Source: an uncultured bacterium (lineage in GTDB: Bacteria > Schekmanbacteria > GWA2-38-11 > J061). Taken from it: a stretch of DNA of 33,462 bases. Where the stretch lies: NCBI GenBank assembly GCA_964549305.1, contig CAZJVM010000028.1, forward strand, positions 1-33,462, given 5' to 3'. The notes under the pieces were generated by a model that did no database searches, was not told the DNA's origin, and saw only the letters and a list, made by a program, of their open reading frames with translations. The translations under genes were made by a program, and so were the position numbers. How positions within the stretch are numbered: the stretch's first letter is position 1; each line of letters begins with the position of its first letter. This document shows positions 9,671-19,159 of the stretch, one piece after another.

Positions 9671-10523
9671 AATCTATAATTTCGTCATCGGGTTTAAAGG
9701 CAAGTTCGAAACAGGGAGTACTTTCGACCACTTCCGACGCAAAATCAAGAGAGAATTGCATACCCTCCTTATCCCAGTATGTGGGGAAACCCCTGGCAAT
9801 GAAGCGTGAAGTGGCATCTATTCTGTTGAGTTCCTTAGCTTCGTTTTTGCTTCCGTGGGCAATGAAGTAAATTCCTTTAAGCTTGGCTTTGCCGGGAGAA
9901 TGAATTCGCGCCGTGCCGTGCCATGGTGTACCGTAGGCGTAAAAGCGTCCCTTTTCTTTTTTTATTATGACCCGTTCATCAGTAAGCACATTCACGCCGT
10001 CTTTACCGCGCCATATTTCGGATATTGTGCTTTTTCCCGCCCCCGAAGTGCCCGTGAAAAGCATTCCCTCTCCTTCGTCGGAGATGCAGGCGGAATGGAG
10101 AATAATCCCGTGCCCTTTTGAGAGGATAGAAAGCATTAAAAGTTCATCGAGAGGATAATTAAGGGGGTTGGGGGCACCGCACTCTTTCGGCACCGCGGTA
10201 TCCGAGAGGTATATCTCCCCCTTAGTAAAATCCTTGTTGATTACGGCAATGCAATAAGGCGTTTCAGCGTCGGGAGGAGAGGAGAATGTGAAATTCATTG
10301 TCTTTCCGTCAGAATAGAGTTTCCATACGCTGTCAGAATCAAATACCATATCTCCCATATTCAACTGTGGAAGATTTCCGTAATGCGCGGTGAGACGCAT
10401 ATGAGGTTCACCGTCTTCAACTATGAATTTGATATGCGCCTGGTCATCTGTGAATGCCAGATTTGCCGTGTCTGAAACGACTTCAATTATGATGCCCGCA
10501 ATTTTCAGCTTAACTGAGTTCAT
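9648..10523 (-). CDS. HprK-related P-loop protein (SynChlorMet ScmC-like; putative kinase)
   Basis: LHSACI...LFTGTSGAGKST...LTDERVII...GTPWHG. Confidence 0.75.
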   Translation of the reverse strand: MNSVKLKIAGIIIEVVSDTANLAFTDDQAHIKFIVEDGEPHMRLTAHYGNLPQLNMGDMVFDSDSVWKLYSDGKTMNFTFSSPPDAETPYCIAVINKDFTKGEIYLSDTAVPKECGAPNPLNYPLDELLMLSILSKGHGIILHSACISDEGEGMLFTGTSGAGKSTISEIWRGKDGVNVLTDERVIIKKEKGRFYAYGTPWHGTARIHSPGKAKLKGIYFIAHGSKNEAKELNRIDATSRFIARGFPTYWDKEGMQFSLDFASEVVESTPCFELAFKPDDEIIDYVRTNRK

Positions 10524-10547
10524 TTATTGATATACCTTAAATTAAGA

Positions 10548-11648
10548 TTATTTCTTTTTCTTCCATTCTTCATTGAATTTATCAGCGCGAAGATGCGCTA
10601 TTTCGCAGAGATACTCCACCGGAGTTTCCGCGTCTCCCTCTTCAAGCGACGCCCATCCGGGGCACTGTCCGCACAAGGCAACAAGCCTGCAGGAGAGGCA
10701 CTTTGTTTTTTTTGCGCGCTTTTTGGAAAGCACCGCGGGAAGCCATTCGTAATAACCTTCCCTGAAAGAGCCTTCCCTTAACGAATAACTTTCCGAGCGG
10801 TAAAGTATGCAGGGAGTAAGCCTGCCCGATGAATCTATGTGAAATGAATTGATTCCGGCGCCGCATAAAAAAAGGGAATCATTGTTCGGAGTTCCTAAAA
10901 ACTTATCGCAAAAAGTTTTCCATTCCTCCATCCTTTTTTTATCGTTAATATCGAGCGAGACCACATCTTCGGCGGAAATTCTCACGTTTCGCGGTTTGCC
11001 GTCACCATCTATCCTCATATTTATAAGTGGGTCGAAACGAAAGGGGAGTTTTAGCTCATCTTCGGCCCATCTCTTCATATCTGAAAGTTCGGAAATATTT
11101 ACCGATGTAACCACTGCTTTTAGTTTTAGAGGAATATTTCTCTCTTTGAGCAATTTCATTCCGCGCAGGAATTTATCATATGAGCCTTCTCTGCCTGTCA
11201 TTTTGTCGAATGTTTCCCTTGTTCTTCCATATATGGATATCTCAGTGGCAAATGGCTGCCATTCGGCAAGATGGTTTGCTGTTTCTTCAGTGATAAGGGC
11301 ACCGTTTGTAAAAAGCGTTATGAGAAACCCCTTTTGCTTCGCGTAATCATAAATGTCAAGAAAGTCGCTTCTGGTCAGAGGTTCTCCACCGGTAATGAGA
11401 AGCCAGAGACATCCTTCTTCAGCAATCGCATCAAAGATTTTGAAAATTTCTTCTTTTTTAAGTTCCGGCTCGTTTTTGCGGTTTTCGGAAGGGTCTTCAT
11501 TTATATAGCAGTGAAGACAGTTAAAATTGCATTTTGATGTGATTTCTATGGAACCACCGAGAGGTATTCGTGATTCTTTCGCTTTTTCGTGTATGCGCTT
11601 GCTGAAATCTCCGTATCCCGTTATGGGAATGTGTATACAGTCCGCCAT
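10548..11648 (-). CDS. Radical SAM/SPASM domain protein (putative peptide maturase)
   Basis: CNFNCLHC (CxxxCxxC), TGGEP, TNG; SPASM cysteines CGAG...PC...CLSC...CGQCP...C. Confidence 0.92.
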   Translation of the reverse strand: MADCIHIPITGYGDFSKRIHEKAKESRIPLGGSIEITSKCNFNCLHCYINEDPSENRKNEPELKKEEIFKIFDAIAEEGCLWLLITGGEPLTRSDFLDIYDYAKQKGFLITLFTNGALITEETANHLAEWQPFATEISIYGRTRETFDKMTGREGSYDKFLRGMKLLKERNIPLKLKAVVTSVNISELSDMKRWAEDELKLPFRFDPLINMRIDGDGKPRNVRISAEDVVSLDINDKKRMEEWKTFCDKFLGTPNNDSLFLCGAGINSFHIDSSGRLTPCILYRSESYSLREGSFREGYYEWLPAVLSKKRAKKTKCLSCRLVALCGQCPGWASLEEGDAETPVEYLCEIAHLRADKFNEEWKKKK

Positions 11649-11651
11649 TTT

Positions 11652-11951
11652 TTATAATTTATGAAGAAGTTTAATTCCGCCTATTTCTTCAAATCTCGTT
11701 ATAAATTCTTCTAAATCTTTATTGACCTGCTCTTCCGTTGCGTCGAATTCTTCAAGAATCATACTTCTTATATCTTTTATCTTCTTTTTGCCGTCTATCA
11801 ACTCCCAGATTTTTGCCCCTACCTCATTGAGGGTGTATATGCTTTCAAGGTCGCCCACATTTTTTCTCACGGGGACAAGAATTATTTCGTCGGCAATCTT
11901 TCTTGCCACAATAGACGATTCCTTTGTGTAACATCTTTCAAGAAAATCCAT
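11652..11951 (-). CDS. PqqD family protein (RiPP recognition element)
   Basis: YTLNEVGAKIWELIDGK...EEFD...DLEEFI; AAGGAG RBS. Confidence 0.92.
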   Translation of the reverse strand: MDFLERCYTKESSIVARKIADEIILVPVRKNVGDLESIYTLNEVGAKIWELIDGKKKIKDIRSMILEEFDATEEQVNKDLEEFITRFEEIGGIKLLHKL

Positions 11952-12210
11952 AAAATGCTCCTTTTAAAAAAATGTCGTTAAAAATTCGGCATCTTATCCG
12001 CTTTCAAAAGCACCCAATTTAAAGTATATAAACTTTTCAGCTATATAATCAACACTGCTTTAAAAAGAATTCAATACTAAATTGACTAAAATCAAAAAAA
12101 TATCTATTTCCGGGGGAATGTTTGATTTTTGAAGTTGATTATAATATTTACGCTCTGATAGTCTTGTCAATAAATGTTAAAATAAGTTCAAATCAGGCAA
12201 AGGAGACAAA

Positions 12211-12423
12211 ATGTCCATAGAAGGTTATGCGGATTATCAGCGAAGAGAATACTGTAAGGATATAAAGTGCCCCGTCCAGTCAGACCTTGAAGCGCAGAAA
12301 GAAGGGACTGACGAATACGAGAGGATAAGAAATATCTGCAAGGAACATTGCAGGCACACGACATACGAATTTCACCACTGGCTCATTGAGAAGGGATATC
12401 TTATAGTAAGACCTGAGAAATAA
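12211..12423 (+). CDS. Small Cys/His-rich hypothetical protein (70 aa), possibly metal-binding
   Basis: AAGGAG RBS; YCKDIKC and CKEHCRH...FHHW; 42 nt upstream of the lsrF-like gene. Confidence 0.75.
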   Translation: MSIEGYADYQRREYCKDIKCPVQSDLEAQKEGTDEYERIRNICKEHCRHTTYEFHHWLIEKGYLIVRPEK

Positions 12424-12465
12424 TGCAGATAAAGATAATTTAAATAATTAACGGAGGATTTTCAG

Positions 12466-13254
12466 ATGGATTGGGGAATGAAAAATCGCTTGTCGCAATT
12501 AATTAAGCCCGATGGACACTGTATGTTTCTGCCCATTGACCATGGCTATTTTCAGGGACCTACATCGAAGCTTGAAAAACCGGGCGAAACCATAAAACCG
12601 CTCTTAAGATATTCCGACGCTCTTTTTGTAACAAGGGGTGTTTTGCGCGCCAGTGTCGTACCGGATGGAAGTATTCCCATAATACTGAGAGTTTCCGGAG
12701 GTACCAGCGTAATTGGTGAAGACCTCGCAAATGAAGGCATAACGACTTCCATCAGAGATGCAATCCGCCTTAATGTTTCCGCGGTCGGTTTATCGGTGTT
12801 TGTTGGAAGCAAGTATGAAAAACAGACTCTTTTAAACCTTTCGGGCCTCGTCAATGAATGCGAAGAATACGGGATTCCCGTAATGGCCGTAACTGCCGTG
12901 GGCAAAGAGCTTGAAAAGAGAGACTATCGCTATCTCGGTCTTGCCTGCAGAATCGCCGCGGAATTGGGCGCAAAGGTGGTAAAAACATATTGGTGCGAGG
13001 AATTTGACAAGGTTACGGGCGGTTGCCCTGTGCCTGTGGTTATGGCAGGAGGTCCGAAGACAAATACCGAGCAGGAGGTGTTCGATTTTGTATATGACGG
13101 TATGCAGAAAGGCGCCATAGGTATTAATCTTGGAAGAAATATCTGGCAGAATCCTCATCCCGTGCCTGTAATAAAAGCTCTTCGGGCGATAATCCATAAA
13201 AAGGCGACTGCGAAAGAGGCGGGGCAGTTGTTTCAGGAATTAAAGAACAGCTAA
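12466..13254 (+). CDS. lsrF: LsrF-like class I aldolase/thiolase (DhnA family)
   Basis: MDWGMKNRL, PIDHGYFQGP, ILRVSGGTS, RIAAELGA.VVKTY (Schiff-base Lys), AGGPK, GRNIWQ. Confidence 0.85.
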   Translation: MDWGMKNRLSQLIKPDGHCMFLPIDHGYFQGPTSKLEKPGETIKPLLRYSDALFVTRGVLRASVVPDGSIPIILRVSGGTSVIGEDLANEGITTSIRDAIRLNVSAVGLSVFVGSKYEKQTLLNLSGLVNECEEYGIPVMAVTAVGKELEKRDYRYLGLACRIAAELGAKVVKTYWCEEFDKVTGGCPVPVVMAGGPKTNTEQEVFDFVYDGMQKGAIGINLGRNIWQNPHPVPVIKALRAIIHKKATAKEAGQLFQELKNS

Positions 13255-13258
13255 TACG

Positions 13259-14284
13259 ATGAAAGTCGCAAAATACTATAACAATAAGGATGTGCGCATA
13301 GAGGAGATGCCTGTGCCGGGCATAGATAGAGGCGAAATCCTTGTTAAAATAATTGCAAGCGGCATATGCGGAAGCGATGTTATGGAGTGGTATCGTATAA
13401 AGAAAGCTCCTCTCGTTCTTGGTCACGAGATTGCGGGAGAAGTTGTAGAAACGGGAGAAGGTGTTGAAAAGTTTAAAAACGGAGACAGGGTTACCGTCGC
13501 GCATCACGTTCCCTGCAACACCTGCCATTATTGTTTAAACGGTGATTTTTCTCTTTGCGACACTCTTCGTTCTACCAATTTTGACCCGGGCGGATTCTGC
13601 GAGTTTGTTCGCGTTCCCCGCATAAATGTTGACCGCGGAACTTTTCTACTCCCCGATACGGTTTCTTACGAAGATGCAACCTTTGCCGAACCCCTCGCGT
13701 GCGTTTTGCGGGGACAGAGGATTGCGGGAATTAAGCCGGGACAGAGCGTTCTCGTTATCGGAAGCGGTATTTCCGGACTTCTCCATATTAAACTCGCAAA
13801 AGCGTTGGGCGCGGGACGGATAATCGCAACTGATGTAAATCAATTCCGGATGGATTCCGCTAAAAAAAGCGGAGCGGATTTTGTTTTCAATGCAAAGGAT
13901 TTTAATTCCGAACGTTTAAGAGAAGTCAATGAGGGACGCCTTGCGGACCTGGTGATTTTATGCGCGGGGGCAATTCCGGCAATGAAACAGGCTCTTGTTT
14001 CTGCGGACAGAGGCGGGACTCTTCTTCTCTTCGCGCTTCCAGAACCGGGCACTGAAATTGCCGTGGATTTCTGGAATCTTTGGCGCGAAGGCATAACGAT
14101 AACTTCATCATATGCGGGACCTCCGGGAGATACGACAACTGCAATCGAGCTTATCAGGGCAAAGAGAGTGGATGTGTCAGATATGATAACCCATCGCCTT
14201 CCTCTTGATAAAACCGGTGAGGCTTTCCGGCTTGTTGCCGAAGCTCAGGATTCGATAAAGGTCGTAATCGAACCGCAGAAGTGA
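13259..14284 (+). CDS. Zn-dependent medium-chain dehydrogenase (sorbitol/threonine dehydrogenase-like)
   Basis: GICGSD, GHEIAG, CNTCHYC...C structural Zn site, GSGISG Rossmann motif. Confidence 0.9.
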   Translation: MKVAKYYNNKDVRIEEMPVPGIDRGEILVKIIASGICGSDVMEWYRIKKAPLVLGHEIAGEVVETGEGVEKFKNGDRVTVAHHVPCNTCHYCLNGDFSLCDTLRSTNFDPGGFCEFVRVPRINVDRGTFLLPDTVSYEDATFAEPLACVLRGQRIAGIKPGQSVLVIGSGISGLLHIKLAKALGAGRIIATDVNQFRMDSAKKSGADFVFNAKDFNSERLREVNEGRLADLVILCAGAIPAMKQALVSADRGGTLLLFALPEPGTEIAVDFWNLWREGITITSSYAGPPGDTTTAIELIRAKRVDVSDMITHRLPLDKTGEAFRLVAEAQDSIKVVIEPQK

Positions 14285-14402
14285 TTTTTATATTCATTGT
14301 CTGATTGATTCTGTTTGAACTTTCTGTGATAAATTGTCTATTATTTTAACAAGAATCCATTTTTAACCCTATAATCTTAATTTATTGTAAGGAGGCGTTC
14401 TT

Positions 14403-15035
14403 GTGAAGAAACTTCTATACCTTCAGTGCTCACCTCGTCTTGAAAGGTCTCACTCAATCGCCGTTGCAGATGCCTTTATTGAGGAATACAGAAAAACGCA
14501 TCGTGATGATGAAATATCCATTGAAAATATTTTTGAGATGAATCTCCCGTCTTTTGATTCCGTGGAAGTTAACGCTAAATATACTATTCTTCACGGGAAA
14601 GCGCATACGGCAGACGAAGAGCGCGCCTGGAAAAAGATTGAAAAAGTCATAAGCGAGTTTAAATCCGCTGATAAATATGTTTTTGCCGTGCCTATGTGGA
14701 ATTTCGGAATTCCCTACAGACTCAAGCAGTATTTCGATATTTTGATACAGCCGGGATATACATTTTCTTTTTCGCCAGAATCAGGTTACAGCGGACTTGT
14801 AAAGGGAAAACCGGTTTTTGTGGCATATGCGAGAGGAGGGGAATATCCTGCGGGAAGCGAGCGGGAAGCATTCGACCTTCAAAAAAAGTATATTGAATTG
14901 GTTCTTGGATTTATTGGAATTACAGATATTTATAGTTCGATTATTGAACCAACACTTCAAGGAGGTCCGGAGACAGCAAAGGTCAAAAAAACGGAGGCAA
15001 TTAAAAAAGCCGTAGAAATAGCGAAGAGCTTTTGA
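14403..15035 (+). CDS. azoR: FMN-dependent NADH-azoreductase (flavodoxin-2 family)
   Basis: SPR..RSHS, VPMWNFGIPYRLKQYFD, ARGGEY; GTG start with AAGGAGG. Confidence 0.88.
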   Translation: MKKLLYLQCSPRLERSHSIAVADAFIEEYRKTHRDDEISIENIFEMNLPSFDSVEVNAKYTILHGKAHTADEERAWKKIEKVISEFKSADKYVFAVPMWNFGIPYRLKQYFDILIQPGYTFSFSPESGYSGLVKGKPVFVAYARGGEYPAGSEREAFDLQKKYIELVLGFIGITDIYSSIIEPTLQGGPETAKVKKTEAIKKAVEIAKSF

Positions 15036-15037
15036 AT

Positions 15038-15901
15038 ATGTTTTATAAAATTGTGGGAGCTGTTTTTTTAATATTTTCAAGAATCAAGTATCTTTTGTTG
15101 GGATATACTTCTCCGAAACCTCTGTCAATTGATGATTGCATTGCCTATGATAATAAAACGGTAAATTTGTGGTTGTTTTACCTCGCTCTTTACACTGAAA
15201 AAGAAAATTATCTTGCAGATAAAAATGTCCTTGAATTAGGACCCGGTACAGGCATAGGAGAAGGTTTGCGACTCCTGTCAAAAGGCGCATTCCGATACAA
15301 TGCCGTCGATGTAAACAGGTTGGTTGATGATGTGCCGGATTTTTTTTATGACAGGTTTTTGGAGTATCTTAAAAAAAGCGATGAAAATGTTGATATTGAA
15401 TATCTTCGCCGGGAAGTTGAAAAATACGCCGGGGACAGGGGAGATAAACTTAATTATATATGCAGAGAAGATTTTGACCTTGTTTCCCCGTTCGGAGAAG
15501 AAACGATAGATATTGTTTTCAGTTTTGCGGCATTTGAACATTTTGACGATGTTGAAGAAACCGCAAGGCAGTTATCGGTCATATGCAGACCGGGCGCTGT
15601 TTTAATCGCGCAGATAGATCTTCAGACGCATACAAGATGGATTCGCCACATTGACCCGAACAATATTTACAGATTTGGAGAGTCATTTTATAAATTTGTC
15701 CATTTCAGAGGTATTCCCAACAGAGTCAGACCCTTTCGGTATAAGGAAATATTTACAAAATGGGGATGGCAAAATGTTAAAACCGCGCCCTTGACTCATA
15801 TAAGGGACAAAAACAAAAAAATAAAACTGAACATTCAATTTGAAGACGATTGCAATCAGATGGACTGTTTGTCAATAATGCTCTGCGCGAGAAAAAGCTA
15901 A
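15038..15901 (+). CDS. Class I SAM-dependent methyltransferase
   Basis: VLELGPG, DIVFSFAAFEH, RPGA; ATG at 15038 just after the azoR stop. Confidence 0.8.
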   Translation: MFYKIVGAVFLIFSRIKYLLLGYTSPKPLSIDDCIAYDNKTVNLWLFYLALYTEKENYLADKNVLELGPGTGIGEGLRLLSKGAFRYNAVDVNRLVDDVPDFFYDRFLEYLKKSDENVDIEYLRREVEKYAGDRGDKLNYICREDFDLVSPFGEETIDIVFSFAAFEHFDDVEETARQLSVICRPGAVLIAQIDLQTHTRWIRHIDPNNIYRFGESFYKFVHFRGIPNRVRPFRYKEIFTKWGWQNVKTAPLTHIRDKNKKIKLNIQFEDDCNQMDCLSIMLCARKS

Positions 15902-17106
15902 GCTCCATATTTAAGCAGTTTTCCCGCGTTGGCGAGGACAATCGGCATAATGTCGACTGCCTGAATCACTCCGAGACCGCCTCGGGCACATTCGGTTTCA
16001 TTAAAATGTGTTACGCTGTCGGGACGGCAGTATTTGCCTTTTACCAATACCGGCAGAGAATGCCAGCTGTGTGACTTCATCATTGCCGGCGTGGAATGGT
16101 CTCCTGTGACGACAATGGCGTCAAAATGAAGGTCCAGTATTTCAGGAAGTCTCTTGTCAACCTCTTCGAGAGCTTCGATTTTTGCGGGAAAGTTTCCGTC
16201 TTCTCCTTTAGCGTCGGTTTTTTTAACATGGAAATAGAAGAAATCGAAATCATCGTAGTTGTCGTGAAGCGCTTTTATCTCACCGTCGAAGGTATCTCCC
16301 GTATCGACTACTTCCATTCCAAGTAAGCGCACTATTCCTTTGTACATCGGATATGTGGCAATTGCCGCGGGGGTGAGCTTGTATACATCGCTCATCTGCG
16401 GAAAACCGTGATAACCCGACGCGCCCCTGAGCATAAGGTAATTTGCGGGAGACTTCTCCTTCATTATTTCTGCCGCCTTTTCCACAAAACGGTTTGCAAG
16501 CTCAGCGGTATTTTTGCTTGCTTCATCGAGAGCCACTGCGGGCTTTGGTTTCAGTCCTTCCTTCTGCGGGTCGGTATCCGCAATGTTTCCGGCAAGATTT
16601 TTGCCCCGAAAGACTACTGCGCCTCTATGCTCCTTAACGGCATTTACGAATATTTCGATTCCCGGAATTTCAATCTTTTCGTCGAGTTCTTTACATATTT
16701 CTTTTGACTGCTCAGTGGGAATTCTGCCCGCGCGCCTGTCAGTCAACACTCCGTTGGCATCAACGGTCGCCATATTGATTCTGAAAGCCACATCTCCGGT
16801 TTTAAGTGGAAAATTCACACCCAATGCCTCGAGAACGCCTCTTCCCACATTATACTGAAAAGGATCGTAACCGAATAATGAAAGATGTCCGGGACCGCTT
16901 CCGGGGGTTATACCGTGTGCTACGGGGATGGAAAGACCGCAGGCGGATTCAGATACAAGTTTATTCAGGTTGGGAATATTTGCCGATTCCATTTCCGTTT
17001 TTCCCGTAGTCGGGTCCTGAATGCCTCCCAGTCCGTCAAGAATCAAAAAAAGAATTTTAGAATCGGTTTTAGTCGTAAGCGATTTGAGAACATCGAAAGG
17101 TACCAT
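15898..17106 (-). CDS. apgM: 2,3-bisphosphoglycerate-independent phosphoglycerate mutase, archaeal type
   Basis: ILDGLG, PGSGPGHLSLFGYDP, GRGVLEALG, DRRAGRI, KKTD..GEDG, TGDHSTP, HSWH. Confidence 0.93.
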   Translation of the reverse strand: MVPFDVLKSLTTKTDSKILFLILDGLGGIQDPTTGKTEMESANIPNLNKLVSESACGLSIPVAHGITPGSGPGHLSLFGYDPFQYNVGRGVLEALGVNFPLKTGDVAFRINMATVDANGVLTDRRAGRIPTEQSKEICKELDEKIEIPGIEIFVNAVKEHRGAVVFRGKNLAGNIADTDPQKEGLKPKPAVALDEASKNTAELANRFVEKAAEIMKEKSPANYLMLRGASGYHGFPQMSDVYKLTPAAIATYPMYKGIVRLLGMEVVDTGDTFDGEIKALHDNYDDFDFFYFHVKKTDAKGEDGNFPAKIEALEEVDKRLPEILDLHFDAIVVTGDHSTPAMMKSHSWHSLPVLVKGKYCRPDSVTHFNETECARGGLGVIQAVDIMPIVLANAGKLLKYGA

Positions 17107-17182
17107 TTATCATCTCCTTTAAGAATCGATGAAAGTATTTCTTATTATATTCTTCTGAAATATTTATTAAAGAATAAATTAA

Positions 17183-17680
17183 TTAGTTTGAAGATTCGCC
17201 TGTTTTTTTACTACTGCCGCGATGATAGAGGATTATTCCTATAGTGCCTAAGAATGAAATAATCATAAAGATGAATTCAGGTATTTCCAGGCCCGGAATC
17301 AGTTTTCCCCAATGTCCCCATCTCGCGATATTCTCGGCAAGGACATAAACGATTGTGAAAAGAAAATTTGCCAAAAAAACCAATATTTTTCTCCCTATTG
17401 AAAAAGGGAAAGAGTGGACAAAGAGGAAGTACCAGATAACGATGAAGAGAATTGTGTATGCCCATATGACGGGGTTGTAGAAGGGCGCTTTCAGGAAATA
17501 GTGATTGATAATATAAAAACTTCCCCCAATGAGAAGCGCCAGGGAATTACGCCATCCTTCGTAGTCATATTTGAATAGCTTTTTCCACATCCACACAAGA
17601 AAGGCGTATCCAATCCAACTACCGAATGCAAGTTCGTAAAAATCGACAAGTCCTTTCCAGCTTTCGTTATACATATCCAT
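17183..17680 (-). CDS. Hypothetical integral membrane protein
   Basis: 165 aa, about 5 hydrophobic aromatic-rich segments; GAGG RBS; no family recognised. Confidence 0.75.
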   Translation of the reverse strand: MDMYNESWKGLVDFYELAFGSWIGYAFLVWMWKKLFKYDYEGWRNSLALLIGGSFYIINHYFLKAPFYNPVIWAYTILFIVIWYFLFVHSFPFSIGRKILVFLANFLFTIVYVLAENIARWGHWGKLIPGLEIPEFIFMIISFLGTIGIILYHRGSSKKTGESSN

Positions 17681-17835
17681 ACCTCTCTATTTAATAATGT
17701 TTTCTAAAATCCTTTTTCTGAAATTAGTAACATTAAAATTATCTCAAATACAAAGTTTTTTTATCGTATGAACAAGTGACTATGGAGTGGTAATGCAATG
17801 GAATGAAAAATTCGAAAAACAAGGCCTGATACAAT

Positions 17836-17869
17836 AAAAAAGGCAGACACTCCCGCGTGTCTGCCTTTT
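17836..17869 (-). terminator. Intrinsic terminator after the first FDBR-like gene
   Basis: AAAAGGCAGACAC-tcccgc-GTGTCTGCCTTTT perfect hairpin flanked by A/T tracts, 16 nt past the stop. Confidence 0.88.
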
Positions 17870-17885
17870 GGGATTGCTTAAACTG

Positions 17886-18617
17886 TTAAGGCATAAGAGT
17901 ATTTAGAATTCTTCTTGCCCTGTCCGCGCCGAGTACTTTCGTGAGAGGTCCTTCTCCCGGGTCATTGTATCTGTACGATTCCCTGATGTTTTTTCTTCTC
18001 TCATGCACAAGTTTCATTTCCGGAGAATTAGGGTCCTTTTTTTCCGACTTTTTCCAGATTTCAATATATTTTTTAAGATATTCCTGAGAACACTTGAAAA
18101 AGTCCTGAACGTGTTTTCCCTTATCGACCTGCTTTATATGACCGGTGAGCATATAAGGTGACTGAAAAGCCCTTACCCAGTGAAAGACATTTGCGGCAAG
18201 GCCCGGAATATGGCAGTATTTTTTGTAGATCTCTTCCAGAGGTTCATAGAGATAGTTCTTGAGATAATCGGCGTTTCTTGCGGGATCGTCCCCGGGAATA
18301 AAATCGATTATTGCGTGAATATGGTCTTCCGATTCGTCCCAGTCAGATGAAAGAGTGGGGAGGTCGCTGTCTTCCGCCGGGCAGATAACCGTTCCTCCCG
18401 CGAGCATTCCGCCGAAGAAGTTCATCTTTGAGATAGTTATTTTCTCGATTTTATCCGCTTTGTAACATCTTAGAAAACAATCGTCGTTTCCTATTTTAAA
18501 ATTGTTGAGGTCGCTCAAATCCATGCCCTCAAACTCAAAAACCTGTACAGGATTCATTTCCTGCAGCAATTCCCACATAGGTCCGTTGTAATCGGTAAAT
18601 TCAAATTTTTCAGCCAT
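17886..18617 (-). CDS. Ferredoxin-dependent bilin reductase (FDBR)/RCC-reductase fold protein, copy 1
   Basis: Ordered FDBR-like motifs: YKADKIEKI, VICPAEDSDLPTLSSD, IDFIP, WVRAFQSPY, and C-terminal NDPGEGPLTKVLGADRA...L. About 240 aa; GGAG RBS. Confidence 0.75.
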   Translation of the reverse strand: MAEKFEFTDYNGPMWELLQEMNPVQVFEFEGMDLSDLNNFKIGNDDCFLRCYKADKIEKITISKMNFFGGMLAGGTVICPAEDSDLPTLSSDWDESEDHIHAIIDFIPGDDPARNADYLKNYLYEPLEEIYKKYCHIPGLAANVFHWVRAFQSPYMLTGHIKQVDKGKHVQDFFKCSQEYLKKYIEIWKKSEKKDPNSPEMKLVHERRKNIRESYRYNDPGEGPLTKVLGADRARRILNTLMP

Positions 18618-18639
18618 TATGACATCTCTCCTTTAATTA

Positions 18640-18882
18640 TTACTTGTGTTCGTCAACAATTCCTGTTTCATCAAGACCGTCAATTGCAATCGCCTCTTCA
18701 GGGCATGCTCTCAGGCACATTCCGCATTCAAGACAAATCATATCATTAACCATTTTGCACTGACCGTCTATTATTTCAATAATCTTCAACGGGCACGCAT
18801 TTACGCATTCTCCGCAACCGGTGCAGAGCATTTCGTCAATATGAAATCCTGTCGTTTTTCCGTCAGTTTCTATATTACTCAT
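18640..18882 (-). CDS. 2x[4Fe-4S] dicluster ferredoxin
   Basis: CTGCGECVNACP and CLECGMCLRACP. Start placed at MSNIE (18882) because of an upstream GGAG; 18897 is an alternative. Confidence 0.9.
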   Translation of the reverse strand: MSNIETDGKTTGFHIDEMLCTGCGECVNACPLKIIEIIDGQCKMVNDMICLECGMCLRACPEEAIAIDGLDETGIVDEHK

Positions 18883-18919
18883 CTCATTCTGCTCCATTAA
18901 AATATTAATTGTCGAGAGG

Positions 18920-19159
18920 TTATTTCTTTGTAAGCATCGGTTCCAGAACATTGAGCGCCATAGGAAGGAATGCTTTAGGTGTTGTTTCCTTTACCACTTC
19001 CATAAAGTTTTCTTCCGTAATCGCGTTTCCTTCGCCAATCATTTTGTCTATGGATTCATCAAGCTGTTTTTTTGTCTGTTCTCTGAAGGGTTTCGGTGAA
19101 AGTTCGAGCATTGTATCATACAGCGCTTTTGTGTTTTCCGTAAAATTCAGTTCAGCCAT
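18920..19159 (-). CDS. Small helical protein, DUF2621/PCP_red-like
   Basis: FTENTKALYDTML..SPKPFRE.....L...I......ITEE......TTPK pattern; GAGGGA RBS; directly upstream of the ferredoxin. Confidence 0.6.
   Translation of the reverse strand: MAELNFTENTKALYDTMLELSPKPFREQTKKQLDESIDKMIGEGNAITEENFMEVVKETTPKAFLPMALNVLEPMLTKK

Noticed and set aside
11952-12210. Hidden precursor ORF upstream of the PqqD gene
   Set aside because: The only minus-strand ATG gives a 4-codon frame (MPNF) without an RBS; the region looks like a divergent promoter.
12211-12423. 70-aa Cys-rich ORF as the RiPP precursor
   Set aside because: It is divergent from the maturase operon and coupled to lsrF. It looks like a folded metal-binding protein rather than a leader plus core peptide. 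Not formally excluded.
15898-15901. Convergent stop-codon overlap (CTAG) of the methyltransferase and apgM
   Set aside because: This is common in compact genomes and has no functional implication.
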